NCBI GenBank assembly: GCA_964655995.1
Contig: CAZZPK010000004.1
Span: 1 to 58,949 of the forward strand
Reading direction: 5' to 3'
Length of the DNA stretch: 58,949 bases
Origin: an uncultured Candidatus Saccharibacteria bacterium
GTDB lineage: Bacteria > Patescibacteriota > Minisyncoccia > Phycocordibacterales > XYD1-FULL-46-19
The translations under genes were made by a program, and so were the position numbers. Of the stretch, positions 17,833 through 27,050 are shown in pieces. The first letter of the stretch is position 1. Each line of letters starts with the position of its first letter. Under the pieces are notes generated by a model that had not been told where the DNA came from, did not search any database, and saw only the letters and a list, made by a program, of their open reading frames with translations.

Positions 17833-18798
17833 ATGCGCTTAACGAGTCACTGGTATCATCGGCGTAATATTGTGGCCCTAATTGCCGTTACAGCGGCCGT
17901 GGCGCTGATTTATTCTTGGGGTTTGGCTGCCCCGGCCGATTTCCCGGCCAATAAGATTATTAAAATCGAATCGGGCCGCTCGGTGCGCGAGGTGGCCGAA
18001 CTGCTCTCGGCTAAAAATATTGTTGCTCAGCCGGAAATTTTTATCGCTTTAATGCGAGTCTTTGGTGGCGAAAAGGGAGTGATCGCCGGGGGTTATTACT
18101 TTGATCGGCCGCTTAATGTTCTTATTGTCGCCAAACGCCTCAGCCGCGGCGAGTTTAATTTAACGCCGATCAAAGTTACTTTGCCTGAGGGTACTACCAC
18201 CAAAGAAATGTCACGGATTTTGGCCAAAAGTTTACCAGAGTTTGATCCGCAGACTTTTGCCACTTTAACTAAAGATAAAGAAGGCTATCTTTTCCCCGAT
18301 ACCTATTATTTTTTACCGACGACCACCACTGAGGAAATTGTCGAGCAATTGACCGAAACGTTTAAAAATAAAACCGCCGCTTTGGCGGCCAAGGCACTGT
18401 GGAGCAAACATAGTTTCCATGACATTATCATTATGGCCTCGCTACTTGAAGAGGAGGCCAAAACCTTTTCCGACCGGAAAATGATTGCCGGCATCTTATG
18501 GAAACGCCTCGCCGCCGGCATGCGCCTGCAAGTTGATGCCGTTTTCCCCTATATTATCGGCAAAAATACCTTTCAAGTCACCAAAAGCGATTTGCGGGTA
18601 AATTCGCCTTACAATACTTACCGCTATGCCGGTTTGCCGGCCGGGCCGATCACCAATCCGGGGCTTGAGGCGATTATGGCCGCCCTGGATCCGACGCCCT
18701 CGCCCTACTGGTATTACTTGACCGGGCAAGATGGCAAAATGTATTACAGCGAGGATTTTGACGGCCATAAGGATAATCGGGTAAACTACTTGGACTAA
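17833..18798 (+). CDS. mltG: Endolytic murein transglycosylase MltG (YceG-like)
   Basis: An N-terminal TM, then ASLLEEEA, LQVDAVFPYI and SPYNTYRYAGLPAGPITNPG. Confidence 0.88.
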   Translation: MRLTSHWYHRRNIVALIAVTAAVALIYSWGLAAPADFPANKIIKIESGRSVREVAELLSAKNIVAQPEIFIALMRVFGGEKGVIAGGYYFDRPLNVLIVAKRLSRGEFNLTPIKVTLPEGTTTKEMSRILAKSLPEFDPQTFATLTKDKEGYLFPDTYYFLPTTTTEEIVEQLTETFKNKTAALAAKALWSKHSFHDIIIMASLLEEEAKTFSDRKMIAGILWKRLAAGMRLQVDAVFPYIIGKNTFQVTKSDLRVNSPYNTYRYAGLPAGPITNPGLEAIMAALDPTPSPYWYYLTGQDGKMYYSEDFDGHKDNRVNYLD

Positions 18799-18811
18799 TT
18801 TAACAACTTTT

Positions 18812-19366
18812 ATGAAGCGCCATAATTTAGCGTTTATTGACTTGGAGACGACTGGGCTTGATCCGCGTAAGCATGAAATTATTGAAATCGGTGGACTGAT
18901 TGTTAAGCAGATACCAGAGGCTGGTCGCGGGCCGGCGCTCGAGGTGATAAGCGAGTTTGAGTTTAAGGTCAAACCTAAAAATTTGGAGTTGGCCGACCCG
19001 GAGGCTCTCCGGATCAATGGTTACAATGACGCCGAGTGGCTGTTTGCCGTCGATTTGGAGCAGGCGCTTAAGGTGTTGGCCGAGAAGGCGGCTGGGGCCA
19101 ATATAGTGGGGCAAAACGTTATTTTTGACTGGCTCTTTTTGCAGGAGGCGTTTGCCAAGACGGGGATTACCAACACTATGCATTATCACAAAATCGACGT
19201 TATCCCGATGGCTTTTGCCAAGTTTTATCACGACGACCAGATGCAAAATTTTAATCTGCGCGCTTTGGCCGAAAAGTTGGGGGTAAAAAACGAGCGGGCC
19301 CACACCGCCTTGGCCGACGTTAAAACCACTTTCGAAATCTACAAAAAACTGCTAGATATTAAGTAA
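18812..19366 (+). CDS. DEDDh 3'-5' exonuclease (DnaQ/epsilon-like)
   Basis: ExoI FIDLETTGLD, ExoII GQNVIFDWLFL, ExoIII HTALADVKTTFEIY. Confidence 0.85.
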   Translation: MKRHNLAFIDLETTGLDPRKHEIIEIGGLIVKQIPEAGRGPALEVISEFEFKVKPKNLELADPEALRINGYNDAEWLFAVDLEQALKVLAEKAAGANIVGQNVIFDWLFLQEAFAKTGITNTMHYHKIDVIPMAFAKFYHDDQMQNFNLRALAEKLGVKNERAHTALADVKTTFEIYKKLLDIK

Positions 19367-20442
19367 TGAGCAAGGGCAAAATTTATGTCGGGATGTCGGG
19401 CGGGGTGGACTCGTCGGTGGCGGCCGCGCTCTTGGTTAAAGCCGGTTACGAGGTGATCGGCATTTTTGCGCGCGGTTGGGAGCCGGCGGATGAGACGCTG
19501 GCCCGAGCCTGCACTTGGCGCGAGGAGCGGCGTATGGCGATGCGCGTAGCCGCGCACTTAAATATCCCTCTCGTTACTTTAAACACTTCTAAAGAATACA
19601 AACAAAAAGTGGTTAATTATATGTTGGCCGAGTATCAGGCGGGCCGCACACCTAATCCGGACATTTTATGCAATCAGGAGATTAAATTTGGGGTGATGCT
19701 TGAGGCGATACTTAAAACCGGTGCCACTAAATTAGCCACCGGGCATTACGCGCAGGTGATGCAAGAAAAAGGAGGATACAGATTAAAAACCAGTAAAGAT
19801 GGCGAGAAAGATCAAACTTACTTTTTATGGACATTGAATCAAGACAGATTAAAAAATATTTTATTCCCAATTGGCGGCTATACCAAAGACGAGGTGCGTA
19901 AATTAGCGCGTAAATTTAAATTGCCTAATGCGGGTAAAGCCGATAGTCAAGGGCTTTGTTTTGTAGGGCAAATCCCGGTTAAAGACTTTTTACAGGCGGA
20001 ATTGGGTAAAAACCCAGGCAAAGTGCTAAATGAGAAAGGGGAGGTAATTGGCCGACATGATGGCGCACTCTTTTACACTATCGGCGAGCGGCATGGCTTT
20101 ACTATTAATAATCAAACGCCAAATCAAGAGGCGCTTTACGTAGTCAGTAAAGATATTAAAGCTAATATTATTACGGTTGCTAGCGCCAAAAATATCAAGC
20201 GCGAAAAAACAAATTCTAAAATTAAATTAGAGAAAGTTAATTGGGTGAGCGGCGAGGTGCCAGCTAAAACCAATTTAACCTGCCGTATCCGCCACCGGGG
20301 CGACTTTTTACCATGTACTTTAGAGGTTAAAAATGACGAGGTTAATATCACTCTCACCACCCCTCGCTCCGATATTGCTTCTGGTCAGTCCTTAGTTTTA
20401 TACGATGGCAATACTTGCTTGGGTGGTGGTGTTATGATCTGA
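19366..20442 (+). CDS. mnmA: tRNA 2-thiouridine(34) synthase MnmA
   Basis: PP-loop VGMSGGVDSSVAA, NPDILCN, ATGHYA, DQTYFL, SQGLCF. Confidence 0.93.
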   Translation: MSKGKIYVGMSGGVDSSVAAALLVKAGYEVIGIFARGWEPADETLARACTWREERRMAMRVAAHLNIPLVTLNTSKEYKQKVVNYMLAEYQAGRTPNPDILCNQEIKFGVMLEAILKTGATKLATGHYAQVMQEKGGYRLKTSKDGEKDQTYFLWTLNQDRLKNILFPIGGYTKDEVRKLARKFKLPNAGKADSQGLCFVGQIPVKDFLQAELGKNPGKVLNEKGEVIGRHDGALFYTIGERHGFTINNQTPNQEALYVVSKDIKANIITVASAKNIKREKTNSKIKLEKVNWVSGEVPAKTNLTCRIRHRGDFLPCTLEVKNDEVNITLTTPRSDIASGQSLVLYDGNTCLGGGVMI

Positions 20443-20506
20443 ATTCCTAATTTTTGACGACCGTCCGAGATTAGGAATGTGGATATTGATTGAATTTTAA
20501 ATTATT

Positions 20507-20534
20507 CCATCTGTCGACGATCGTAGCGAGATGG
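20507..20534. repeat. ACGATCGT-apex palindromic element, copy 2
   Basis: CCATCTGTCGACGA|TCGTAGCGAGATGG. The core is at 20517-20524, and 11 of 14 arm positions are complementary. Confidence 0.65.
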
Positions 20535-20540
20535 TATAGT

Positions 20541-20580
20541 TTTTTTAAAAATAAACCGCCCTTCGACAAGTTCAGGGCGG
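20541..20580 (-). terminator. Terminator of the 20601-20831 gene
   Basis: CCGCCCT (20556-20562) pairs with AGGGCGG (20574-20580). The minus strand then reads TTTATTTTTAAAAAA. Confidence 0.6.
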
Positions 20581-20600
20581 CGGTTCTGTCATGGGATCAC

Positions 20601-20831
20601 TTAGGCCACTTGGCCGGCGGGGCGGAAGATTTCCACTGGTTGCCAAATTTGGTTGACTACACAATTATGTGTGTCAGACCAAGCCAAGCTGAGACGGGAT
20701 AAGTCCCGTTCAATAGTTACCTGGATTGTCTGGTTATCGCGACGTATAGCCATGATAACTTTCCATTCCAAGCCGTTACAGTCCGTAACGACGTCTCTAT
20801 ACTTTAATCCCAGAAACTTCTCTTTAGTCAT
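20601..20831 (-). CDS. Hypothetical protein (76 aa)
   Basis: A GGAGGG RBS lies upstream of the ATG and a terminator lies downstream. Confidence 0.55.
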   Translation of the reverse strand: MTKEKFLGLKYRDVVTDCNGLEWKVIMAIRRDNQTIQVTIERDLSRLSLAWSDTHNCVVNQIWQPVEIFRPAGQVA

Positions 20832-20920
20832 TATTCCAACCCTCCAGATTTTCAGTCTGTTTTTAACCTAACATACCCCGGCTTTAATTGGAAGCCTTTT
20901 TCTGTTACCATAATTGCACC

Positions 20921-22603
20921 ATGGAGTCCAAGGAGATTAGGGATAAATTTTTGCGCTTTTTTGAGGAGCGGGGGCATAAGGTGGTGCCGAGCGCCTCGCT
21001 AGTACCCGAGAATGATCCCTCGGTGCTCTTTACCACCGCCGGGATGCAGCAATTTAAGCCTTACTATGTCGGTACTAAAAATGCCGAGCAAGATTTTAAC
21101 TCCCTCAACACTACCTCTGTCCAAAACTGTGTCCGGACCTCGGACATTGACGAGGTGGGTGATGATACCCACTTAACTTTTTTTGAAATGTTGGGCAACT
21201 TCTCTTTTGGCGGCTATTGGAAGGAGGAGGCCATTAAATACGCTTATGACTTTATTACCAAAGAGCTTGGTCCGACCATCGACTACGTCTCAGTTTTTAA
21301 AGACGAGTCAAGCGGCATACCGGCCGACGAGGAGTCGGCGGCGATCTGGCAAAAACTAGATCCAACACTCAAAATTAAAGAGCATAATAAAGATGATAAT
21401 TTTTGGGGGCCGACCGGCGAGGAGGGTCCGTGCGGTCCCACCACCGAGATTTATATTAACGGCGTGGAGATTTGGAATGTCGTTTTTAACGAGTATTACA
21501 AAACCAAAGCCGGCGAGTACCAGCCGCTAAAAACCAAAGGTATTGATACCGGCATGGGCTTAGAGCGCCTCTTGGTCCAAGTCCAAAATAAAAATAATAT
21601 TTTCGAGACTGATTTATTTAAGCCGATGATGCTTGAGATCGAGCGTTTAGCAAAAGTTAATAACCTTAAAGCGGCTCGGGTAGTGGCTGATCACCTGCGC
21701 ACGGCGGCCTTTATGATCGCCGATGGCGTGACGCCTAGTAATACCGATCGCGGCTACATTTTGCGCCGGTTGTTGCGCCGAGCAGTCCGCTTTGCTGACA
21801 AATTGGAATTGCCGGCTGGCAATTTGGCCGGTTTAACCTCGGTTATAGAGCAAATTTATGCCAGTGAGTATCCTGAACTCAAAAATCAAAACGCAAAAAT
21901 CAAAAGTGAAATTCAAAATGAGGAAAGTAAGTTCAGAGAGACTTTAAGTAAGGGCTTAAAAGAGTTTGAGCGCGGGGTTGATCCGTTTGTTTTGTTTACC
22001 ACTTACGGCTTCCCGTTTGAATTGACTCAAGAATTGGCGGCGGAAAAGGGTCAAAAATTAGACGAGAGTGATTTTAAACGCAAATTGGAGGAGCATCAAG
22101 CGCTCTCGCGCTCGGGTGCGGAGCAAAAGTTTGCCGGGGGGCTGGCCAGCCACTCCGAGCAAGTGGTTAAGTACCATACGGCCACTCACTTACTCAACCA
22201 GGCTTTGCACGACGTTTTAGGTGAGGGAGTGGAGCAACGCGGCAGTAATATTACCGATGAGCGCTTACGGTTTGATTTTTCCCACCCTTCTAAACTTACC
22301 GACGAGGAAAAACAAAAAGTAGAAAAAATAGTGAATGAAAAAATTAAAGCCGATCTGCCGGTCAATTTTGTCGTTTTGCCTAAAGCGGAGGCCGAGCAAA
22401 CGGGCGCGCGGCATATGTTTAATGAGAAGTATGGGGACGAGGTTAAAGTTTATTACATCGGCGACTCGCTCGCCAACGCTTACTCCAAGGAGTTTTGCGG
22501 TGGGCCGCACGTGGAGCGCACCGGCGCACTCGGCAGTTTTAAAATTATTAAAGAGGAGGCGGTGGCCGCCGGCATCCGCCGCATCAAAGCTGTGTTACAA
22601 TAA
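20921..22603 (+). CDS. alaS: Alanine--tRNA ligase, short form ending after the editing domain (no C-Ala domain)
   Basis: FLRFFEERGHKVVPSASLVP..DPSVLFTTAGMQQFKPYY, editing-domain motifs HTATHLLNQALHDVLG and CGGPHV. The ORF opens at TTG 20888, but ATG 20921 gives the canonical N-terminus. Confidence 0.9.
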   Translation: MESKEIRDKFLRFFEERGHKVVPSASLVPENDPSVLFTTAGMQQFKPYYVGTKNAEQDFNSLNTTSVQNCVRTSDIDEVGDDTHLTFFEMLGNFSFGGYWKEEAIKYAYDFITKELGPTIDYVSVFKDESSGIPADEESAAIWQKLDPTLKIKEHNKDDNFWGPTGEEGPCGPTTEIYINGVEIWNVVFNEYYKTKAGEYQPLKTKGIDTGMGLERLLVQVQNKNNIFETDLFKPMMLEIERLAKVNNLKAARVVADHLRTAAFMIADGVTPSNTDRGYILRRLLRRAVRFADKLELPAGNLAGLTSVIEQIYASEYPELKNQNAKIKSEIQNEESKFRETLSKGLKEFERGVDPFVLFTTYGFPFELTQELAAEKGQKLDESDFKRKLEEHQALSRSGAEQKFAGGLASHSEQVVKYHTATHLLNQALHDVLGEGVEQRGSNITDERLRFDFSHPSKLTDEEKQKVEKIVNEKIKADLPVNFVVLPKAEAEQTGARHMFNEKYGDEVKVYYIGDSLANAYSKEFCGGPHVERTGALGSFKIIKEEAVAAGIRRIKAVLQ

Positions 22604-22609
22604 AGGTTA

Positions 22610-23800
22610 ATGAATTGGTTGTTAAAACCCCAATCAAAAACTCGCGGTGAAATTATTTTGATTTTAGACTTGGGTAGCACTAGCATTGGCGCCACCTTGG
22701 GGACGATTAATATTGCCGCCGCGCCAGGTACTTGTCTTGAGCCGTTGGCCACCGCCAGGCTGCCGCTAAGCGCCAGCGCCCAAGCCACGCCCGAGCAGTT
22801 TAAATACGAATTGAGCGAGACGCTGGAGCAAGCCATGCAAACGGTATTGGGCGATATCAAGCCGGCGCAGATATTTTGCTTCCTCTCCTCGCTTTATTAC
22901 GTCGGCGCGCCGAGAGTTATTAAATTAGCGGAGGATAAACCTTTCACCTTCAGCTCTAAATTGATTAAAAAATTGGTCGATGAGGAGGTTGAGTCGGTTA
23001 AAGCCGAGTTGGGCGAGCGTGGTTGGGCGCCCTGGTCAATGGAGGTGCTGGAGCGAGAGGTTTTGGCCTTGTCGGCCAACGGTTATGAGCTTAAGGCTCC
23101 AAACGGTGAGTCGGTTAATCAAGCTAAAATAAATGTTTTTATTGCTGGCGCCGATCAAGGTTTGCTTGAGACGGTCCGTCAGGTGATCCGCCGGCGTTTT
23201 GCCGCACTGCCGCTTTACTTCCGCTCTTTTATGGGAGCCAGTTTTGTTGTAATGAGAGACTTACTACCGGAGACCCCGTCTTTTGTGATGGTCGATATTT
23301 CAGGCTCTTTAACCGACATCGCCATTGTCAATCAAGGGTCATTGGTCGGGGTCGGCTCTTTCCCTTTAGGGTATCAGTCGATTGTTAAAAAATTAGCTGA
23401 GGAGGGTCGATCTAATCAGGTCGATATCGAGACTAAGTTGGCTCTATTGGCTAAAAATAATTTGGCGCCCAGTCTGGAGCCTTTAGTCCGCTCGGCCGAG
23501 CGGATCTTGACCCAATGGCGGCGGGAGCTCGAGTTTACTTGCCAGTCGGTTTTGGGCAATCTTTTTTTGCCGGATACTATTATCCTAATCGGCGAGAACG
23601 AGCTCGTCTCTTTATTTACCCAAGGACTTAAGCGCGCACCACTCACGGCCCTTACTTTAGGCTCGCATCCGCCGGTAGTTTATGAGGTCTCCGACAAGTT
23701 AATCAGTCAATTGTGCCAAGGGGTGCCGGTACCTGGGGACAGCTTTTTATTGCTTGAGGCTTTATTTTGCCATAAAATAAAGTCATTGATTAAGATCTAA
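22610..23800 (+). CDS. Actin-like ATPase superfamily protein (FtsA/PilM-like), putative
   Basis: Phosphate-1-like ILILDLGSTSIGATLG and phosphate-2-like VMVDISGSLTDIAIV. Confidence 0.5.
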   Translation: MNWLLKPQSKTRGEIILILDLGSTSIGATLGTINIAAAPGTCLEPLATARLPLSASAQATPEQFKYELSETLEQAMQTVLGDIKPAQIFCFLSSLYYVGAPRVIKLAEDKPFTFSSKLIKKLVDEEVESVKAELGERGWAPWSMEVLEREVLALSANGYELKAPNGESVNQAKINVFIAGADQGLLETVRQVIRRRFAALPLYFRSFMGASFVVMRDLLPETPSFVMVDISGSLTDIAIVNQGSLVGVGSFPLGYQSIVKKLAEEGRSNQVDIETKLALLAKNNLAPSLEPLVRSAERILTQWRRELEFTCQSVLGNLFLPDTIILIGENELVSLFTQGLKRAPLTALTLGSHPPVVYEVSDKLISQLCQGVPVPGDSFLLLEALFCHKIKSLIKI

Positions 23801-23805
23801 ACATT

Positions 23806-25110
23806 ATGGACGACATTATCCGGCCTAAAAAAAGTCTGCGTGAGGTTTTACCTAAAGGCGCCAGCCAGGCTGCTCGGGCGCGGGTACGTCCGGCGCCATT
23901 AGAGGAGACACCACTGCAAAGCCCCAACAATCCGCTGCCGCCGCGCGAGCCTGCGACCGTTTATCGCAGGATCCCCAAGCGCGGCTTGATTTGGGGTATC
24001 GGACTTATCGTTTTAATTTTTGTTGTCATCGGCCTCTCCGGCTTAATTGCCCAAGCTACGGTTAAGGTGACGCCCCGCCAGACCTCGCTGCCGGTTGCAG
24101 GCAGTTTTGAGGCGAGTCAAACGCCTGGCACTGCGGCGATTGAGTTTGGTTTGATGCGCACTACCGATCGTGAGCAAAGACTGGTCCAAGCAACCGGCGT
24201 CGAGCAGCGGGCCGACAAGGCTAAGGGTTTAATCACTATTTACAACAACTACGACGAGAAGCCGCAAAAGTTAATTGCCAATACTCGTTTTGAGACGGCC
24301 GATGGTAAAGTCTTTCGCATTAGTGGCGCGGTAACAGTCCCGGGCATGAGTACTGCCGGCGGCGCTAAAACGCCGGGTCAAATTACCGTCCCAGTTACTG
24401 CCGATAAGCCGGGTGCCGAGTATAATATCGGTCCCAGCGAGTTTACTATCCCGGGCTTTAAAGGTGATCCGCGTTTTACCGCCTTTAGCGGCCGCTCGAC
24501 GGCGCCAATGAGCGGTGGTTTTGTGGGTGAGGCGCGCACCGTCTCGCCAACCGACAAGGCCAAGGTTAGAGCGGAACTCCAGCAGTTGATCCGCGAGCGC
24601 ATTGCCGAAAAAGCCAAACAAGAGATACCTGACAGCGCCCTCTTGTTTGCCGACGGCGCCCAAATTACCTTTACCGAGGGGTTACCGATTGCCGCCACCT
24701 CCTCCAAAGACAGTGTGATTTTGGTCGAGGAGGGGACGCTAACGGCGATTGTCTTTGATAATGAAAAGTTAGCCGGCGGTTTGGCGGCCAAGCTATTGCC
24801 CGGCTATAACGGCGAGGAGATCAGACTGGCCAATCCCGGGGAACTCAAATTTACCTTAATTACCAAATCCGCCACCTCGAGTATACCGGACAAAATCAGC
24901 TTTAATTTGGAGGGCACGGCCAAGCTGGTCTGGGATTTTGATCAGGCCGATTTGATCAGTAAATTACGCGGAGTCGCCCCGGCGGAGTATCCAAACATTT
25001 TTGCCCTCTATCCGGGTATTGAGCGGGCGAGTGTCTCCTTCTTCCCCCCATGGTCGCGCAGTATCCCCGAGAGCGACAGCCGGGTCAAGGTAGTCCTCGA
25101 GCTTGAATAA
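23806..25110 (+). CDS. Hypothetical single-pass membrane protein (434 aa)
   Basis: A Pro/Arg-rich cytoplasmic N-terminus, one TM (LIWGIGLIVLIFVVIGLSGLI) and a large extracytoplasmic part. Confidence 0.55.
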   Translation: MDDIIRPKKSLREVLPKGASQAARARVRPAPLEETPLQSPNNPLPPREPATVYRRIPKRGLIWGIGLIVLIFVVIGLSGLIAQATVKVTPRQTSLPVAGSFEASQTPGTAAIEFGLMRTTDREQRLVQATGVEQRADKAKGLITIYNNYDEKPQKLIANTRFETADGKVFRISGAVTVPGMSTAGGAKTPGQITVPVTADKPGAEYNIGPSEFTIPGFKGDPRFTAFSGRSTAPMSGGFVGEARTVSPTDKAKVRAELQQLIRERIAEKAKQEIPDSALLFADGAQITFTEGLPIAATSSKDSVILVEEGTLTAIVFDNEKLAGGLAAKLLPGYNGEEIRLANPGELKFTLITKSATSSIPDKISFNLEGTAKLVWDFDQADLISKLRGVAPAEYPNIFALYPGIERASVSFFPPWSRSIPESDSRVKVVLELE

Positions 25111-25122
25111 TGGCTATACCGC

Positions 25123-25152
25123 TTGACGCTTGGCGGGGAGGTCTGCTAATAT
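25123..25152 (+). promoter_or_regulatory. Promoter TTGACG-18-TAATAT ahead of infA
   Basis: It lies in the only sizeable gap upstream of the infA-rpmJ-rpsM... block. Confidence 0.5.
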
Positions 25153-25167
25153 TACCCAGGTACGCAA

Positions 25168-25407
25168 ATGAGTGATAAAGAAGAAGAAAAGCCTTCTTCC
25201 CCGGAAGGTTCTGTCGTTTCTGGTGTTGTGGTAGAGGCCCTACCCAGCACCCACTTCCGCGTGGATATTGGGGACCCGGAGGCGCCACTTTTGGCTTATT
25301 TATCGGGCAAAATGCGCCTCCATCGGATCAGAGTTTTGGTCGGCGACAAGGTCGATGTGCTTCTCGATCCTTACGGCGGCAAAGGCCGGATCATTAAGCG
25401 TTACTAA
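25168..25407 (+). CDS. infA: Translation initiation factor IF-1
   Basis: S1-like core GVVVEALPSTHFRVDIG...LAYLSGKMRLHRIRVLVGDKVDV. Confidence 0.9.
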   Translation: MSDKEEEKPSSPEGSVVSGVVVEALPSTHFRVDIGDPEAPLLAYLSGKMRLHRIRVLVGDKVDVLLDPYGGKGRIIKRY

Positions 25408-25414
25408 ATTTTTT

Positions 25415-25531
25415 ATGAAAGTTCGCTCCACAATCAAGCCACGTTGCGCTAAATGCAAACTCGTCAAGCGACGGGGCCATTTGTATATTATTTGCCCAGC
25501 TAAGCCGCGCCACAAACAAAAACAGGCCTAA
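25415..25531 (+). CDS. rpmJ: 50S ribosomal protein L36
   Basis: [38 protein letters not shown] (38 aa). It is embedded in the longer track ORF 25268-25531. Confidence 0.9.
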   Translation: MKVRSTIKPRCAKCKLVKRRGHLYIICPAKPRHKQKQA

Positions 25532-25554
25532 TCTACAAATTTACTTCCAAATCT

Positions 25555-25935
25555 ATGCGTATCGCTGGTATAACCTTGCCCTCCAATAAGCGCCTCGAGA
25601 TTGCTTTGACAGCAATTTACGGCATTGGCCGCCCTTTGGCTCATCAGATCTTGGATCAGGCCAAGGTGGATTATGGCAAAAAAACGCCGGATATCACCAC
25701 TGACGAGGAGGCCCGGATCCGTAAAATCATCGAGAGCTTAAAAATCGAAGCCGATTTAAAGCGAGAGATTGCCGCCAATATTAAGCGGCTTAAAGATATC
25801 AAGGCTTATCGCGGCGTCCGCCACATGCGCGGGTTGCCGGTGCGTGGCCAGCGGACCAAAACCAACTCCCGCACTCGCCGCGGCAATGTCCGCAAGACGA
25901 TGGCCTCCGGCCGCAAGAAAGTAGAGAAGAAATAA
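25555..25935 (+). CDS. rpsM: 30S ribosomal protein S13
   Basis: [26 protein letters not shown]...[20 protein letters not shown]. Confidence 0.95.
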   Translation: MRIAGITLPSNKRLEIALTAIYGIGRPLAHQILDQAKVDYGKKTPDITTDEEARIRKIIESLKIEADLKREIAANIKRLKDIKAYRGVRHMRGLPVRGQRTKTNSRTRRGNVRKTMASGRKKVEKK

Positions 25936-25938
25936 TAT

Positions 25939-26373
25939 ATGGGTAAAAAACGCGTTATTAAAAAAGGACAGACGGAAGGTGACACCCTCAATAAGGGCTC
26001 GCTGTCCTCTAAAGCGTCCAAGCGGCGGTTGGAGGTGGGGACAATCCATATCCAGGCCACTTATAACAACTTGTTGATGACCTTGACCGATGAAAAGGGC
26101 GGGGTTGTCCTCTCGTCCTCAAGCGGCTCTTTGGGTTTTAAGGGTTCTAAAAAGGGGACACCATTTGCTGCCGGCAAAGTGGCTGAGAATTTGCTCGATA
26201 AGGCCCAAAATTTGGGTCTTAAGGAGGTGGCGGTGGTTATTAAGGGCGTGGGCGCCGGCCGCGAGTCGGCGGTGCGCGCACTTATTGCCCGCGGCATCGC
26301 GGTAAGCTCGATTACCGACGCGACCCCAGTGCCATTTAACGGCCCTAAGCCGCCGCGGCCGCGTCGAGTCTAA
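25939..26373 (+). CDS. rpsK: 30S ribosomal protein S11
   Basis: IHIQATYNNLLMTLTD..GFKGSKKGTPFAA...ITDATPVPFNGPKPPRPRRV. Confidence 0.95.
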   Translation: MGKKRVIKKGQTEGDTLNKGSLSSKASKRRLEVGTIHIQATYNNLLMTLTDEKGGVVLSSSSGSLGFKGSKKGTPFAAGKVAENLLDKAQNLGLKEVAVVIKGVGAGRESAVRALIARGIAVSSITDATPVPFNGPKPPRPRRV

Positions 26374-26402
26374 ACTTTTATTAATCACTACACGATTGAG
26401 TT

Positions 26403-27020
26403 ATGAAAACAGGTCCAAAATATAAAATTTGTCGCCGAGTAGGAGATCGCGTTTTTGGTAAATGCCAAACGACTAAATTTACCATCTCCGGCACAGAAAA
26501 ATCCCGTTCCGGCAAAAAGGGTGGCGGTCGGACCGCCACCGAGTATGGCGGCCAGCTGCTTGAGAAGCAGAAGGCCCGCTTTACTTACGGTATTACGGAA
26601 AAGCAATTTGCCCGGTATATTAAAGCCTCTCAAGCGGCGCATGGTGGCGTGCCGGCCGAGCGTCTATACTCAGCTTTGGAGAGCCGTTTAGACAACGTGG
26701 TTTATCGTCTCGGCTTGGCGCCTACCCGCCAAGCGGCCCGCCAACTGGTCTCCCACGGGCATATTACCGTTAATGAGCGCAAAGTTAAGATCCCATCTTA
26801 TACCGTCCGTTTGGGTGACCGAGTGGCTATCCGCCAAGGCAGTCGAGATAAAGGCGTTTTCCGCGCCCTGGCGGAGCGGCTGGCTGAGTGGCCGGTGCCG
26901 GAGTGGCTTGTTTTGGACGCGGCGACTTTTAGTGGGACGGTCAAAGCCTTGCCCGCTCATCCGCAAACGGCTGGCACGATCAACTTTAGTTCCATTTTGG
27001 AGTTTTATAGTCGAGTTTAA
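26403..27020 (+). CDS. rpsD: 30S ribosomal protein S4
   Basis: EYGGQLLEKQKARFTYG, RLDNVVYRLGLAPTRQAARQLVSHGHITVNERKV (S4 domain). Confidence 0.95.
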   Translation: MKTGPKYKICRRVGDRVFGKCQTTKFTISGTEKSRSGKKGGGRTATEYGGQLLEKQKARFTYGITEKQFARYIKASQAAHGGVPAERLYSALESRLDNVVYRLGLAPTRQAARQLVSHGHITVNERKVKIPSYTVRLGDRVAIRQGSRDKGVFRALAERLAEWPVPEWLVLDAATFSGTVKALPAHPQTAGTINFSSILEFYSRV

Positions 27021-27050
27021 AATTTATTATTTTTTAAATAATTTAAATTT

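Noticed and set aside
18496-19017. 173-aa minus-strand ORF; likewise 51837-52370, 56246-56629, 10655-11089, 34175-34624 and other internal antisense or out-of-frame track ORFs
   Set aside because: All lie inside confidently identified genes (mltG/exonuclease, mraY, M23 peptidase, ychF, dnaJ). None has its own expression signals.
20490-20702. 70-aa plus-strand ORF after mnmA
   Set aside because: It runs through repeat copy 2 and a terminator hairpin, and it overlaps the convergent 76-aa gene. It has no RBS.
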